Part shown: positions 13,883-25,944 of the stretch, piece by piece
Numbering within the stretch: the first letter of the stretch is position 1
Layout: every line of letters starts with the position of its first letter
NCBI GenBank assembly: GCA_020891255.1
Contig: BQFW01000002.1
Span: forward strand, 248,001-312,000
Length of the DNA: 64,000 nucleotides
Direction: 5' to 3'
Source of the DNA: Entomortierella parvispora E1425
Lineage: Eukaryota > Fungi > Mortierellomycota
The notes under the pieces: generated by a model
The model's input: the letters and a program-made list of their open reading frames with translations, nothing else
What the model was told of the DNA's origin: nothing
Databases searched by the model: none
Position numbers and translations under genes: made by a program

Positions 13883-14961
13883 ATGAGAATCTTGTCTATT
13901 TCCCTCGGCCTTGCTGCCGTTGCGCTTGCTGCCGCTCAAGGTGAACTACATCTCTCTTTGTTCATGCTTGAAACCAGACTTACGTCTTTCAATTGCTTTT
14001 TTTTTATTACCTCCACCTCCAGCTGATCCACGTGAAGCCAGTGGCCCTCAGTCCACTTACGAGTGGGCGAGTGATGGTGATCTTGAAAGGACTCTCTCTC
14101 TTCAATATGACGCTCTTTAGGAGCAGCAGTTCCAAGCTACTCTTGACCTCTTTTGAAGTTGCAGATTTCGAAGCAGAGGGTGGTTGCGACATCATCATGG
14201 TCACCCTGAAAACTATGATCGACACCAAACCCTCATCACTCTAGGCGGTGCACTGAATATCCCTGTTGCGGATCCAATGATAAAATATTTCGGCAGTGCC
14301 ATGACCTCCACCTTGAATGGGGCGGTCAACACCTTGGCTCAGTTTTGATTGCGGCTTCCCTGGGGGTGGTGCTCAACGTGGTGCAAACCATATTTGGGAC
14401 CATCGGCGGAGGGGTACTCAAGCCCGTTGCCGACGTGGTGAACACCGTGGTGTCATCGGTGAAGCAGCTGACCGGTTGTGCGGGCACCAATATCGGTCAA
14501 TTGGAGGTGAACGAGGCCCGATGCAGCAATCTGGCAGATCGACCTTGGAGGAAGCGATCAAGATCAACCCGGCCTTGAACCTACCCGTGGATGCGAGCGA
14601 GGAAGTGAGACGACTGATGACCTTCCCCTTGGCGCTTTTGGATCTGATGGCCAAGGCCTCGATCGCCGAGACAAACGATGCTCTATTGTCAATTCGATCC
14701 ATCTTTGCTGGCAATCTGTTGGCCGAGTACAGAACCGAGCTACTGAGTTTAAAGCCCTCAGAGGACATTCGCATCTATGCCGATATCACTCTGGATTCGA
14801 TCACGGGCTCTTCCAATTCTTTGGAGGCTTGTTTGCGCGTGGCGGTCGATCCCGCAGTGGCGCTGGAGGAGCTCAACGGGGAATTGGATGCAGAGGCAGA
14901 GGTGGATGAGTACGAAGACGGAGATGAAGAAGACGACGAGGAGAATGGCAGTACGCTATAG
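13883..14961 (+). pseudogene. Secreted acidic-tail family, copy 4 (nonsense codon and frameshifts)
   Basis: TAG at 14118-14120 where the paralogs have TCG/TCA; the homologous coding sequence is spread over ORFs 13993-14244, 14345-14578 and 14317-14961 in different frames. Confidence 0.85.
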
Positions 14962-15311
14962 CAGACGGGATATTAAATCTATCTCGCCCCATACCTATGG
15001 TCCCTCATCTCTTAACTATATCAGAAGGTGTTTGGCCATTTGTGATGATCAAGGGCAACAAAAGTGCGGTTTGACCATGTTGGGAGGAATAAAAATCCTG
15101 ATGTTTAGAACAAAGACACGCACCTTGTGTCTGTGCAGGGGTCAGAGAGAACAGAGATCTTCGCGAAAATGTTGAAAAAAAGGGGCGTTGACCTTGGTCT
15201 GCTCACTCAGCTCTGTTGTTGACGAAGTTACTCTCTTGTTTGTTTTCTGTTCACATCCTCGACTCCCCTCTCAACATCCCTCTCAATAAACTAACCGCAT
15301 CCCCTGTCATC

Positions 15312-16452
15312 ATGAGAATCTTGTCTATTTCCCTTGGCCTCGCTGCCGTTGCACTTGTTGCCGCTCAAGGTGAGCAATCTCTATCGCTTCTCTTTTCTTT
15401 GCACCTGCTTGCCGCCACAAACTTACGTGTATCAATTGCTTTTTTCACTACATTCACTTCCAGCTGATCCACTTGCCGCCAATGGCCCCCAGTTCACCTT
15501 CGAGTGGGCAAGTGATAGTGATCTTGAAAAGACTCTCGCTCTTCAATATGACGCTCTGTCGGAGCAGCAGTTCCGCGCCACTCTCTTGAACTCTTTTGAA
15601 GTTGCAGATTTCCAGGCGGAAGGTACCTGCGGCGCCATCATTGCCGCCCTTACAACTGCGATCAACACGACTCTCACCACTATAGGCAGTACCTTAAAGG
15701 CCATCCCTTTGGTGGATCCCCTTCTCAAAGCTATCGCCGCTAGCTTGACTCAAATCTTGAACGGCGTGGCCGGCACCGCGTCCCAGGTGACTGCGGCGGC
15801 CCTGGGGGTGGTGGTCACCACGCTGCAAACCATACTTGGAGCCATCGGCGTAGGAGCACTCGCGCCCGTTGCCGCCGTGTTGAACACCGTGGTGTCATTG
15901 GTGAAGCAGCTGGCCAGTTGTAAGGGCACCACTATCGGAAAATTGGAGGTAAACGAGGCCCGATGCGGTAATCTGGCGGATCTCTACCGATCGACCTTGG
16001 AGGAATCGATCAAGATTAACCCTGCCTTGAGCCTGCCCGAGGACGCGAGTGAGGAATTGAAGCGGTTAACGACCGGCACCTTGGCGCTTTTGGATCTAAT
16101 GTCCAAGACCTCGATTGCCAAGACAAACGATGCCCTGTTGTCAGTTCAACCCATCTTTGCTGGCGATTTGTTGGCCGAGTACAGAGCCGAGCTGTTGCGT
16201 TCAAAGCCCTCGGAGGACATTCGAAACTATGCCGAATTCACTCTGGGTTCGATCATAGGCTCTTCCAACTCGTTGGAGGCTTGTTTGCGTGTGGCGGCCG
16301 ATCCTGTGGCGGCGTTGGAGGAGCTCAACGAGGAATTGGCTATTGAGGCAGAGGAGGATGAATACGAAGATGACGACGAATACGAAGATGACGATGACGA
16401 TGAGGAGTACGATGATGATGATGATGATGACGAAGATCAGAATGAGCAGTAA
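15312..16452 (+). CDS. Secreted acidic-tail family, copy 5 (intact; closest to copy 3)
   Basis: ATG 15312, signal exon and intron, open to TAA 16452; central segment nearly identical to copy 3. Confidence 0.9.
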
Positions 16453-16868
16453 GTGAAATATCTGCAACAGACGAGATATTAAATCTATCTCGCCCCATAT
16501 CCATTCTGTCCCTTCTCACTCGGAGCTCTGCCAAAAGATGTTTTGGCTGTTGTGATCAAGAACAACACAAGTGGAGTTCGACCATCATGGGAGGAATAAA
16601 AATACTGACGTTCAACCAAGAAAAAAAAAAAAAAAAAAGAAAAGCAAAACGTATGACTACTACGGCCAAAAACAAGCACACATACGCACATATCTTGTGT
16701 CTCGGCAGGGGTCAGGTAGAACGGAGATCTTCGCGAAAATGTTGACAAAAGGGGCATTGACCTAGGTCTGTTCACAAAGACAAGGACTACCACCCCTCTT
16801 CATTTTAGTTCTGATTTGTTTTCCTATCAACATCCCTCTCAACAAACTATTCGCTTTCCCTTGTCATC

Positions 16869-17230
16869 ACGAGAACCTTGTCTATTTCCCTTGGCCTCGC
16901 CGCCGTTGTACTTGTTGCAGCTCAAGGTGAGCTACCCAGATTGCCCCTGCTTGACGCAACAAACTTTCGGGCTCTTCCAACTCTTTGGAGGCATGTTTGC
17001 GCGTGGCGGCCAATCCCGCGATGGTGCTGGAGGAGCTCAATGAGGAGTTGGCTGCGGAGGCAGAAGAGGACGAGTATGAAGATGAGGATGATGACGATGA
17101 AGATGTGGATGATGACGATGAAGATGTGGATGATGACGATGAAGATGAGGATGATGACGATGAAGATGTGGATGATGACGATGAAGATGTGGATGATGAG
17201 GATGAAGAGGACGAGCAGGGCGGGCAGTAA
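16869..17230 (+). pseudogene. Secreted acidic-tail family, copy 6 (ATG changed to ACG; large internal deletion)
   Basis: tcatcACGagaacc replaces tcatcATGagaatc; intron 1 sequence (acaaactt) is fused directly to GGCTCTTCCAACTC (GSSNSLEA), so most of exon 2 is missing. Confidence 0.85.
17081..17206 (+). repeat. 21-bp minisatellite x6 encoding D(E/V)DDD(D/E)E
   Basis: gatgWggatgatgaSgatgaa units start at 17081, 17102, 17123, 17144, 17165 and 17186. Confidence 0.9.
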
Positions 17231-18217
17231 GTAACGGCATCGGTACCAAGCAGACATGATACCTGGAGTCGTGTCATCTATATGTACGCTTGCACTGCCC
17301 AACCTCTTCGACCGCCATGTCTTTTTCTCTTGAAGGATACCAGGCAAAAAAAAAAAAAAAAAAAAAAAGGACGAACACACAGATCTCTCATCCCCCTGTT
17401 TCCTAACTGTACTCCAACGTGAAGGCGCACTGCATTCAATGTAGGCATGCGTAAATGATATCCATATTCCATCCAACTTCTCTCCCGAACACTTGAAGAG
17501 GGGGAAGAAGTCAGAAGTCTTTCTCATGAATAAACGTCGACCAACGCGTTGACGCGCTGCGCTGGACAATCATAGATCACGTGATTCAGATCGCCTTCCC
17601 CCCCCCCTTTCAAAAGATTGCGCCCCGTGTGATTTCTGGTCCCTTCTCTCAAACACTTTGATTCTTCGAGGTAGTGATCTGAGGCCACGTCACTCCGCTG
17701 GATGTGCCGGATTGCACCCATCGATCCATCAATCCATCGATCAAACCATGGAGCCCTGCAACCCGCCATTTGACATCGATTCCCCAGGACTGGACCTGAC
17801 TGGACTTGTGGAGGCTTCCGGTCATTTTTTTCGCCCATCGGCCAAACTGCTGCATCAGGACACAATCCCAATGGCTACGATTAAGAGCTGAACCCAACAT
17901 CCAACATTTCAAATCAGGACAAGAGAAAGGGAATGAATCAAAATCATCTTTGACCCAGGATCTGATAATTTCATGGCATCAGGGAGCATCATTAATCTTC
18001 ATTTCCATCGATTTATTCAATGGGGTGCCTTGTTCACTGCATTCGACTCATTGAGCAGGGAGGCCATTCAACACCCCAATCCCAACAACACGACAAACGA
18101 CATATTTGGACCAACACCTAGCAGGACATAGGACTCATCGCAACACCAAGATCATATAAGCATGATGAATCTAACGTCTTTTTCGTGCCGTTTTTGCCGT
18201 CTCTGTAGCTTATCAAA

Positions 18218-18828
18218 ATGGCCAAGTCTAAGAACCACACCAACCACAACCAGAGTATGTGACCCGGAATGGACCCTGTTATCTTTTTTTTTTGTTGCTG
18301 TCGACTATGGAGTGATATGGACCAGTATCTCTGCAGTGGTGTTGACTTTGGACATCGTGGATTGTCGAGAGACATCAAAAAGCTATTACCAGCTATGAAC
18401 ACAAAGACAGGACTTTCCTTCCGTGGAGATGAAGGGATATCTCTGAGGTGCTCCTTGCGACATGAGACGAGACCCTCTTTTCAATGTTTGCAAAGGCCGC
18501 TATTGAATCGAGGAAGCTCGGACCATGATCGTACATGTAGCGAAGGGCTATCCGACAACTTGGAAACGAGCCTTTGCATGTGGCGATTGCTTTGGATCAA
18601 TACCCACGGAAGAGGACCATCAAATGTTGCCAAAGGACTCGGACGCTGACCGTGTCTTTCTTTTTTTTCTGCATCTTTTCCAATTTCACAGACAAGAAGG
18701 CTCACCGCAACGGAATCAAGAAGGTGAAGTCCCAGCGCCACCCCAACCTCAAGGGTGTCTGCCCCAAGTTCATCCGTAACCAGCGTTTCGCCAAGAAGGG
18801 ATCTGCTGATGCCCTCAAGAAGGAGTAA
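18218..18828 (+). CDS. RPL29: 60S ribosomal protein L29 (eL29)
   Basis: [12 protein letters not shown]|[27 protein letters not shown]; intron 18255-18691 (gtatgt..cacag); an acceptor ctgtag just before the ATG implies a 5'UTR intron. Confidence 0.97.
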
Positions 18829-21800
18829 ATCTACGGAACGAGTTGTTTGACTTTTTTTTTACTTTCCCTCTCGGTCCTTCGGGAGGAAATAAAAAAGAAA
18901 ACAGGACTTGCACTATAACCTCTACCTTACTATTTCGTATGTTGGCATCATGAAAGCGACTTTGGTTGAATGCGTCGTGGAGAGGGTTTATTGAGACGCG
19001 TTCACGAGGTTCAACAACGCGACTTTCGATAAGGACAAAAAAAAAAAAAAAGGCAGGGCGAAGGAGATCAAAAGAGGAGGGTGTAGTTTGTAGTTTGTAC
19101 GCAGTTGTAGAGGACTCTGGCTTGTCCTGAGTAATGTATTAGCAAGCGCATCAAATTGTGATGGGATGCGATGTAAATGTCAGAGCTTTTGAGGGACTAG
19201 GAGGTGTGTCATCTGGCGACTTTGCTCCTGCCACTTGAACCTGAAGGACTGTCCTCCACATCCTCTGCCTTTTCTCCGTCGCGAAGAAGAAAATATGAGT
19301 AGGAAAACGGGGGAGAGAGAGAATAGGTATACGAAGACCCATCCATACGCTGACTGAATAAGAGTCGACGATGTCTCCTTGAAAGAACGGACGAGTTGAA
19401 AGAACGGACGAGTGGAGTTGAAAGAAAAGATGGGCGATTTTGATGAGAAGAGCGCCACCAATTTTGAAATTTGATTTTGGTGGCGCACCTCCCCCACAAA
19501 TCGATGATTATTCCCCTGTTGAGCAAAACTCAAGAGTGAGGAGAGAACAACGCACTGGTCTGACCACCTTTTTTACCTTCCCACCTTTAACTCGTTGTCT
19601 TCCTGCACTTTCCGAACTTGAGACTTGCGGTTCCTTATTTTCCCATGCCTCTTAAGCTCGAAAATGAACAGGAATGTGTCTTCCGAACATTTCCTTTAGG
19701 TGGCTTTTTCCCTTTCTCTCGCTCTGTCTTGCGCTCTAAAGCATCCATGCTACGGGCACAAAAACCTGCTCAAATTCCTCATGGATCGTCGCCCATGTCG
19801 CCATTGAGTTGCCCTGATGGAGATTTTAGAGTTCCCGAGTGCGAAAGAGGAAGGGAAGGGGAAGGCTTTGAAACTCAGCCCCGCATTTTTTTTTCCTTCT
19901 TCTGTCGTCTTTCATGTGGGCAAAGCAAATCGAGGACGGGCGAAGGGAAAGAGAAGGAAACCTTGATCTGCTCGAGCATCAACAAAACGTTTGGCTGAGA
20001 GAACGTGGGGAAATGAGAAGGCGCTCTGGCTCACCTGCCATAATCATCCACTGACCAACCAAACAAAAGGAAAAAAAAAATTGGAAGGTGGACAATCACA
20101 ATCTGCTGGCAGGGACGGGGGCCAACTTCCTCCCCCGCACAGGCACCAGTAGAAACTCAACCGGGCAAAGCGCTCAAACGACAGAAAGGTGGGGGCGAGA
20201 GAGAGAGAGAAAGAAAGAGAGATAATAATATGATTATGGCCCCATTCCGATCATTCCTCGCGTCTTCTCAGGCTCACTCACACCTTCATTTTGCCTGCGC
20301 CTTCCGGGACCACCGAACCACATATTGTATGGAGTGGAGTATACAGCTCTCTTTATCTTTTGTTCTGGTCCATATCCCCCCCCCGCGTTATTCGATTCCT
20401 GTTACGATTTGTGAAGGTGCCAGGATTCTTTTTTTTTTCCTTCTCTGTTGTTACATCATGATAGGTAACTGCAACATACCTCGGAGCTTTGGAACAAGAG
20501 TACTGTTGTATCGCGGCTGTGGGGTTCTATTATTCCCCATTGACCCACTACAGCTTCTCAAATGGCGCGAGCCCGATGTCGTATGATTCGCTTCTACAGG
20601 TGTACCCACCAAACAATCCTCCGGGGTCTCATTCCCCATATTATACTCACCCACTTCTGGCTCTGAGAGATCCTGGCACGCAAGAGACGGAAATAAACTG
20701 CAGTGGGTGAGTGATGGGAAAGAACGAAAAGGTACATTATGAGAGGAATGGGTACCTGTTTGGTTGCATCATCGCGTTGAACCACCTGGATCAGAGTAAA
20801 TTTCTGTGGTCCAGGGGGGAGAGAAAATAGATACGGTTGGACTCATCTGCAGTCAAAAGACTCTCATTGAAGATAATGATGACTCCTTCTGCACCTTGCC
20901 TCCCTCTATCAGAAACGAATGAAAAAGGCAACGGAGAATATCGATTTCATCTCTGCCCTGCTATGGAGATGATCTCCCAGGAACAAAAGTCTACAACAAG
21001 GTCTGAGACCAAGAGAACTACCGGCAACAGCGGCGACCAACCGCCAAAACAACAACAACCACAGCGTTTTTTTTTCTTTTTTTTTTCTGTTTGTCTGATC
21101 AGAGCGGCCAATCGTCCAAACCGTAGATCAAAAACAGAAGAAAACGAAAATGCGGGGGAAGTTGTTCAACCCTCCACCCCTGCGGCCCTTGCCCATGCAC
21201 ACACACACAGATACAGACTCAAAAAACCAAAAAAGAAAAACTCAAAAAAAAAAAAATTGCAATGTTGTGAGCAAGCGATCCATAACACTTTCTTGGATAA
21301 ATTAAACCAGATTCACTCCCCCTCATCCTTCGGAACGACAGGAAGGGATCGGAAGAGGTGTAGGGCCCTCATTCGCTAGAGGGGTTTTAAACGGGGTGTC
21401 GGTCTTTGGATTTCCAATGCCCGTTCTTTCCTGAGTGGTGGACCATTTTGATCTCAGCCAACACGCGGGTTTCGTTGATGGATCGTTTCGAAAGTCAGGA
21501 GAGAAAAAAGAGGGGAATATCGAAGGGAAAGAGGGGGGAAAAAAGAGTGGGAACCCTGCGCAGGCAGGGAAAAGATAAGAGGACATCAAATTATTTTACT
21601 TGAAGTCCGCGCGTCAACCTACATGGGGATAAAATAAACGATGATAAAAAACACGGAGATTTTGACAAGGGATCGAGAAAGAGAATGTCCTACATTCCTG
21701 TCAACGATCAAGGACGACAACTTGCAAAGGAAAGTGCGCGCGCGCCCACCTTGTGCTGCACCGCGAGCGTGGGCAGGAACGGAAGGGAGAGGAGGGCCCT

Positions 21801-23545
21801 GGTGGGAACAAACGAGGCCCACACAGCACAAACTCATCTCTCCCTTGTGAAAACAACAACGCGTCGAGTGTAACGGCTGGCAAGGGCCCCAAACAAACAA
21901 GTGGCACGTTCTCCGGATGAAAAAGAGCAAGGAGATTAGAGTGATTGTTGATATTTGTTGCGAATCGTCCCTCAATTGCTCGTGGAAATTCTGCTCAGGG
22001 GTGGTTGGCCCACAGTCGATCAGATGTTCCCGAGTGGACCCGAACAGCTTTGGTTCATTGGGTTTCCCCAAGAATCATTGAGGCTGAGGAATAAAGGAAA
22101 GGGGCTGAACAGCCCTTTATAATTCTCTGTCACCGAGCATTAGTTGCTCTACAAGATAAAAAAAAAGAGGTGCGATTGGTGTTGAATTCCATAATCAGTT
22201 CAAAGGAAAGAACAGGAACCAAGAATTGCAAAAGATTGGCCAAGGAAGATATAGGGACGAAGTTACTTTCCCCTCACTATAGTCTTGTCCTTCGTAAGGC
22301 TCTATCGCGCTCATTGTCACAAAAGCACGGGCGAGAAACAAAGAAACAATGTAACCGAGCACACCATATTTTATTTTTGAACATACAAAAAAAAGGAAAG
22401 TCTCTGGAGCGCTCTTTACTTCAGGTGCGAATGGACCCGGGTGGGGTCTTTCTTTGCACTCAGTGCCAATGGAAGTGATAAGGGTTATTTGTAGAAAAGG
22501 AGAACGGACATGGTTAACAGGTTAAGTCAGCAGGAGGAGGAAGAGGAGGTGCATGCACAAAAGATAAAGAATAGTGTGGTGAAAGGAATGCGGGCATCGT
22601 CTAGGCGCCCGCAGCCTGCAAATAATCATTTTGACCCATCGTTGACAACAATCATTGCAATGCTAACGCGTGAAAAAAGACATGGCCGAGGATCACGGGA
22701 AGAGCACAACAATGACGAGCAACAGGCACACAACAATAACCATAACAACAACAAATAGACGAATGAATGCTGTGAGATATCAAAGATGTGGTTGTTTGAT
22801 CGAGTAGGACTCATTGGAAAGAAACCAAAAAAAAGAGGGGAAATACGGAGGGACATGGAACAAGAGCGATTTTTGGCCCGTTCTCTGCGCAAGAGATCAA
22901 CGGAAACAAAGAGAGTATTTCCTGATCAGGGAGAGTGGGGAAATGAGGGAGATTTGGTCAATCCCGCATGTCTGTCAGTCAACGGGGAGAAAGTGAAGCA
23001 CAGGGTCTACTTGCCCTTGCGGGGCGAGCACTCAAGGAAAAAAAAGATGGGCCAAGCTAAAGGGGTTTAGTGCTGCAAGGGCGGCTCCCCACATTCCGAT
23101 TTGCAGCTATTCCAGGTTTATTTTATCCCAGTAAATCCCTTCAACGTTGAGAGCAATTGAGTGAATCGGCCGCCCCGGATGCATTCAATTCAATCGCAAC
23201 AATAGGCGAGATAACACCGGCACTGAACCCCTCCTCCGCAACTCTGTCCTGTTAACCTTGTTCGTCTCCACTTTTTTTCACCCCTCCCGTCCCATTGCGG
23301 ATGGCGTCTTGTTTTGGTTCTCATATAAAGCCGGGCCTGAATCGTGCCCATCCTCTACTTTTTTTTTCCTTTTTCTCTTCTTTCACTTTCACTTCCAATC
23401 GCACACAACTTTGCCGCCTTTTCTTCTTTATCTCGCTCTTTTCTCTCTATCTCTCTCTGTCTCTTCGTGATCCAGTCTTCAACAACAGCAACATCGACCA
23501 TCCACCACAACAACAACCGTTGCTCTCCTTCTTTACCACTCTTTC

Positions 23546-24511
23546 ATGTCTTCTCTCCAAGCAGCCGCCAGTTCACTTTTGTCTCTTTCGTCCACTTTTT
23601 CTTCCACCGACATGTCTTCTACCACCTCCACAGCTGTGCCCCGCAGTGGCCAGGATGCTCCTCGCCCTTACAAATGCCACATCTGCCCAAAGTCCTTCCA
23701 CCGACTTGAGCACCAGACCCGCCACATTCGCACCCACACTGGAGAACGCCCCCATCAGTGCTCGTTCTCGACTTGCCAAAAGCGCTTCTCGCGCTCGGAC
23801 GAATTGACGAGACACATGCGGATCCACTCGACCACAAAGGCCAAGAAGGAGCGCTCCACCGCCCCTCCTTGCCATATCTCGATCAAGCCCTTCATGAAGG
23901 TCGTCATGGTCGCCTTTGATGGTGATCGTGCCTCCTCTTCGGTTTCGCCCATCTCCCCTTCTTCCCCTTCCCCTTCTCCTTCCCCTCGCCAGTCGTCGGG
24001 ATCGTTGAAGCAGCAACGTCAGCAGTCTCGGGCATCGCCCTACCCTTCGGTCCACGACCACCATCGTCTCCACAAGCAAGAGTCGCCTGTGAGGATGGAA
24101 TACAGCCACCAGCACCCCTCTCCACCCCTGACGGCCAACTCCTCGCCTCTGTCTCAGCTCATGTCCGACTCTGAAACGGATGCTACTGCTTCTCCGCTCT
24201 TCACCCCCGAGTCCTCCCCTGTGCCTCACAATTCTTTCCAGGGTCAACAACACCTCTTCCACCAGTACAGCAACCAACAGCAGCAGCAGCAACAGCAACA
24301 GCAGCCTATGCAGTTCCAGTTCCAAAACACTGACAGCAGCTTTTACCAGCAGTCCAAGCCTCAGTTCTCGTCTTTGCCCCCACTGAGCCCCGCCCCCAAG
24401 GTAGTGGCGGCCCCTTCGATGTTGCCTCCTCCCGTCTTGGCACCCTTCCGTCCCAACCACGGAGTGACCTTGCCCCCGATCTCGGCCATCATGAACTCTT
24501 TGTTTGTTTAA
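23546..24511 (+). CDS. creA: CreA/Mig1-type C2H2 carbon catabolite repressor
   Basis: [49 protein letters not shown] zinc-finger pair and C-terminal LPPI effector motif. It could be one of several paralogs. Confidence 0.85.
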   Translation: MSSLQAAASSLLSLSSTFSSTDMSSTTSTAVPRSGQDAPRPYKCHICPKSFHRLEHQTRHIRTHTGERPHQCSFSTCQKRFSRSDELTRHMRIHSTTKAKKERSTAPPCHISIKPFMKVVMVAFDGDRASSSVSPISPSSPSPSPSPRQSSGSLKQQRQQSRASPYPSVHDHHRLHKQESPVRMEYSHQHPSPPLTANSSPLSQLMSDSETDATASPLFTPESSPVPHNSFQGQQHLFHQYSNQQQQQQQQQQPMQFQFQNTDSSFYQQSKPQFSSLPPLSPAPKVVAAPSMLPPPVLAPFRPNHGVTLPPISAIMNSLFV

Positions 24512-25944
24512 ACGATACGACGAGCAACTCTTACTACCCCCCGAATACCACCCTTTGCTTGGGTCTTTGAGCAAAGGGATATCTGCTGCTGTTCTTTTAC
24601 CCCTTCCTTTCCTCTGTACATATACCTAGAGATAGTTCCGTTTTGCCCTTTTTTTTTTATTTCCTTTTCGCAAATTTGCTACATTACACTCCCCTCGTAT
24701 CATAGCCCCTCATCCATCCTCCTACACCCTTTTAGAAGGACAACGAAAAACAATGTATAAAAATATAATGATCCACTACTTTCGTTTCTACAAAAAAAGA
24801 ATGGTGCACAAAAGCTGACGAATATTTTGTTTCGGAGGGAAATACCAAGAAGGTTGTGCTGAAAAAGAAACAAGGCATGCATGGAGAGCGCTTCTGCCTG
24901 TGACTGAAGTGACTCTGTCTCTACTATCATGATACAGTCTCGCTTTGCCCCCGTTGTGTTGTTTGGGGTTCGGCTTGACTCTTTTTGCTTGTTTGCACAA
25001 TCAACAAAATCCTTCCATCCTCCCCACACAGCAGCGTCCCCACTTTCGTCATGCCCAGGGTAAGCCAAAACAAGAAGAGGGAAGAAAAGAACAAAAAAAA
25101 AGAAGAAAAAAAGGGATTGAATCTGATCAACCGAGGGCCGCAGGTGTCGTGATGCCAAAACAACACAAAAGCACGCTACGACACATGCCCATGCACAGAC
25201 GGTCAAGGTGCGTGAGTGTTGTGTGCTCCATTCCCTTGTTGTTGTTGCACAACCGTGGGCAGCTGAAAGGGCCTCTCTTCCCCGCATTTCCTTTTTCTGT
25301 CAAATCAACTTTTTTTTTTCTTTTCCATGGGCCTGAAAGATTATCTTTGATGTGGTGTCCCTCTTTGGTTCAGCCCTCCCCCCTCCCACCCCACAATCTC
25401 GAGCGAATCATAAACAAACGTTAATTGACCAAAACAAAACGGCACAAAATCATACACAGGCACGCAAAAAGAAAAACGCAACCCAGTTTTGTCGGCCCAT
25501 TTGGACGATTCACAGCAGTGGCCAGAAACAAAAACAAAAAAAAAAAAGAGTTCAGGTTCGGAAGGAAAGCGACCCAAGAACGACCCAAAAAAAAGTGGGT
25601 CCCAATTCCTGGGCCTGAATCCAAAGTGTTCTTCACTCCCCCGCACTTTTCCGGAGATCATGTGACCTGGAGTTGTCCGAACTTTGGAGGGTTTTCCTTC
25701 TCGGGCCAGACGGGATGCGATCTTTATCCACTTTTTTTCACTTTTCGGTCATGGTTGCACAAGGGTTCACCTGACGCTCAGAAGCTCATTGCCCCACTTT
25801 TCTTGACCTATGATCCCTTCACCCAGGAAGGCAAGTCTCCACTTTTCACTCTTTCATGGATCCTGCTTGTTCGTTGAGCTGGGTCAAAAAAAAGTGGGGT
25901 ATGGGTTTGGTGCCTGTGGAGAGCGCGTTGCCTTGACCGCACGT

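Noticed and set aside
18161-18167. ATGATGA box C motif in the RPL29 leader intron
   Set aside because: It sits directly against the branch point with no room for a downstream box D, so no snoRNA is called.
19151-23470. Numerous 60-180-aa ORFs in the creA upstream region and at 40500-43300
   Set aside because: They are low-complexity translations of poly-A/T and GA tracts, with no domains, signal peptides or coherent splice structure.
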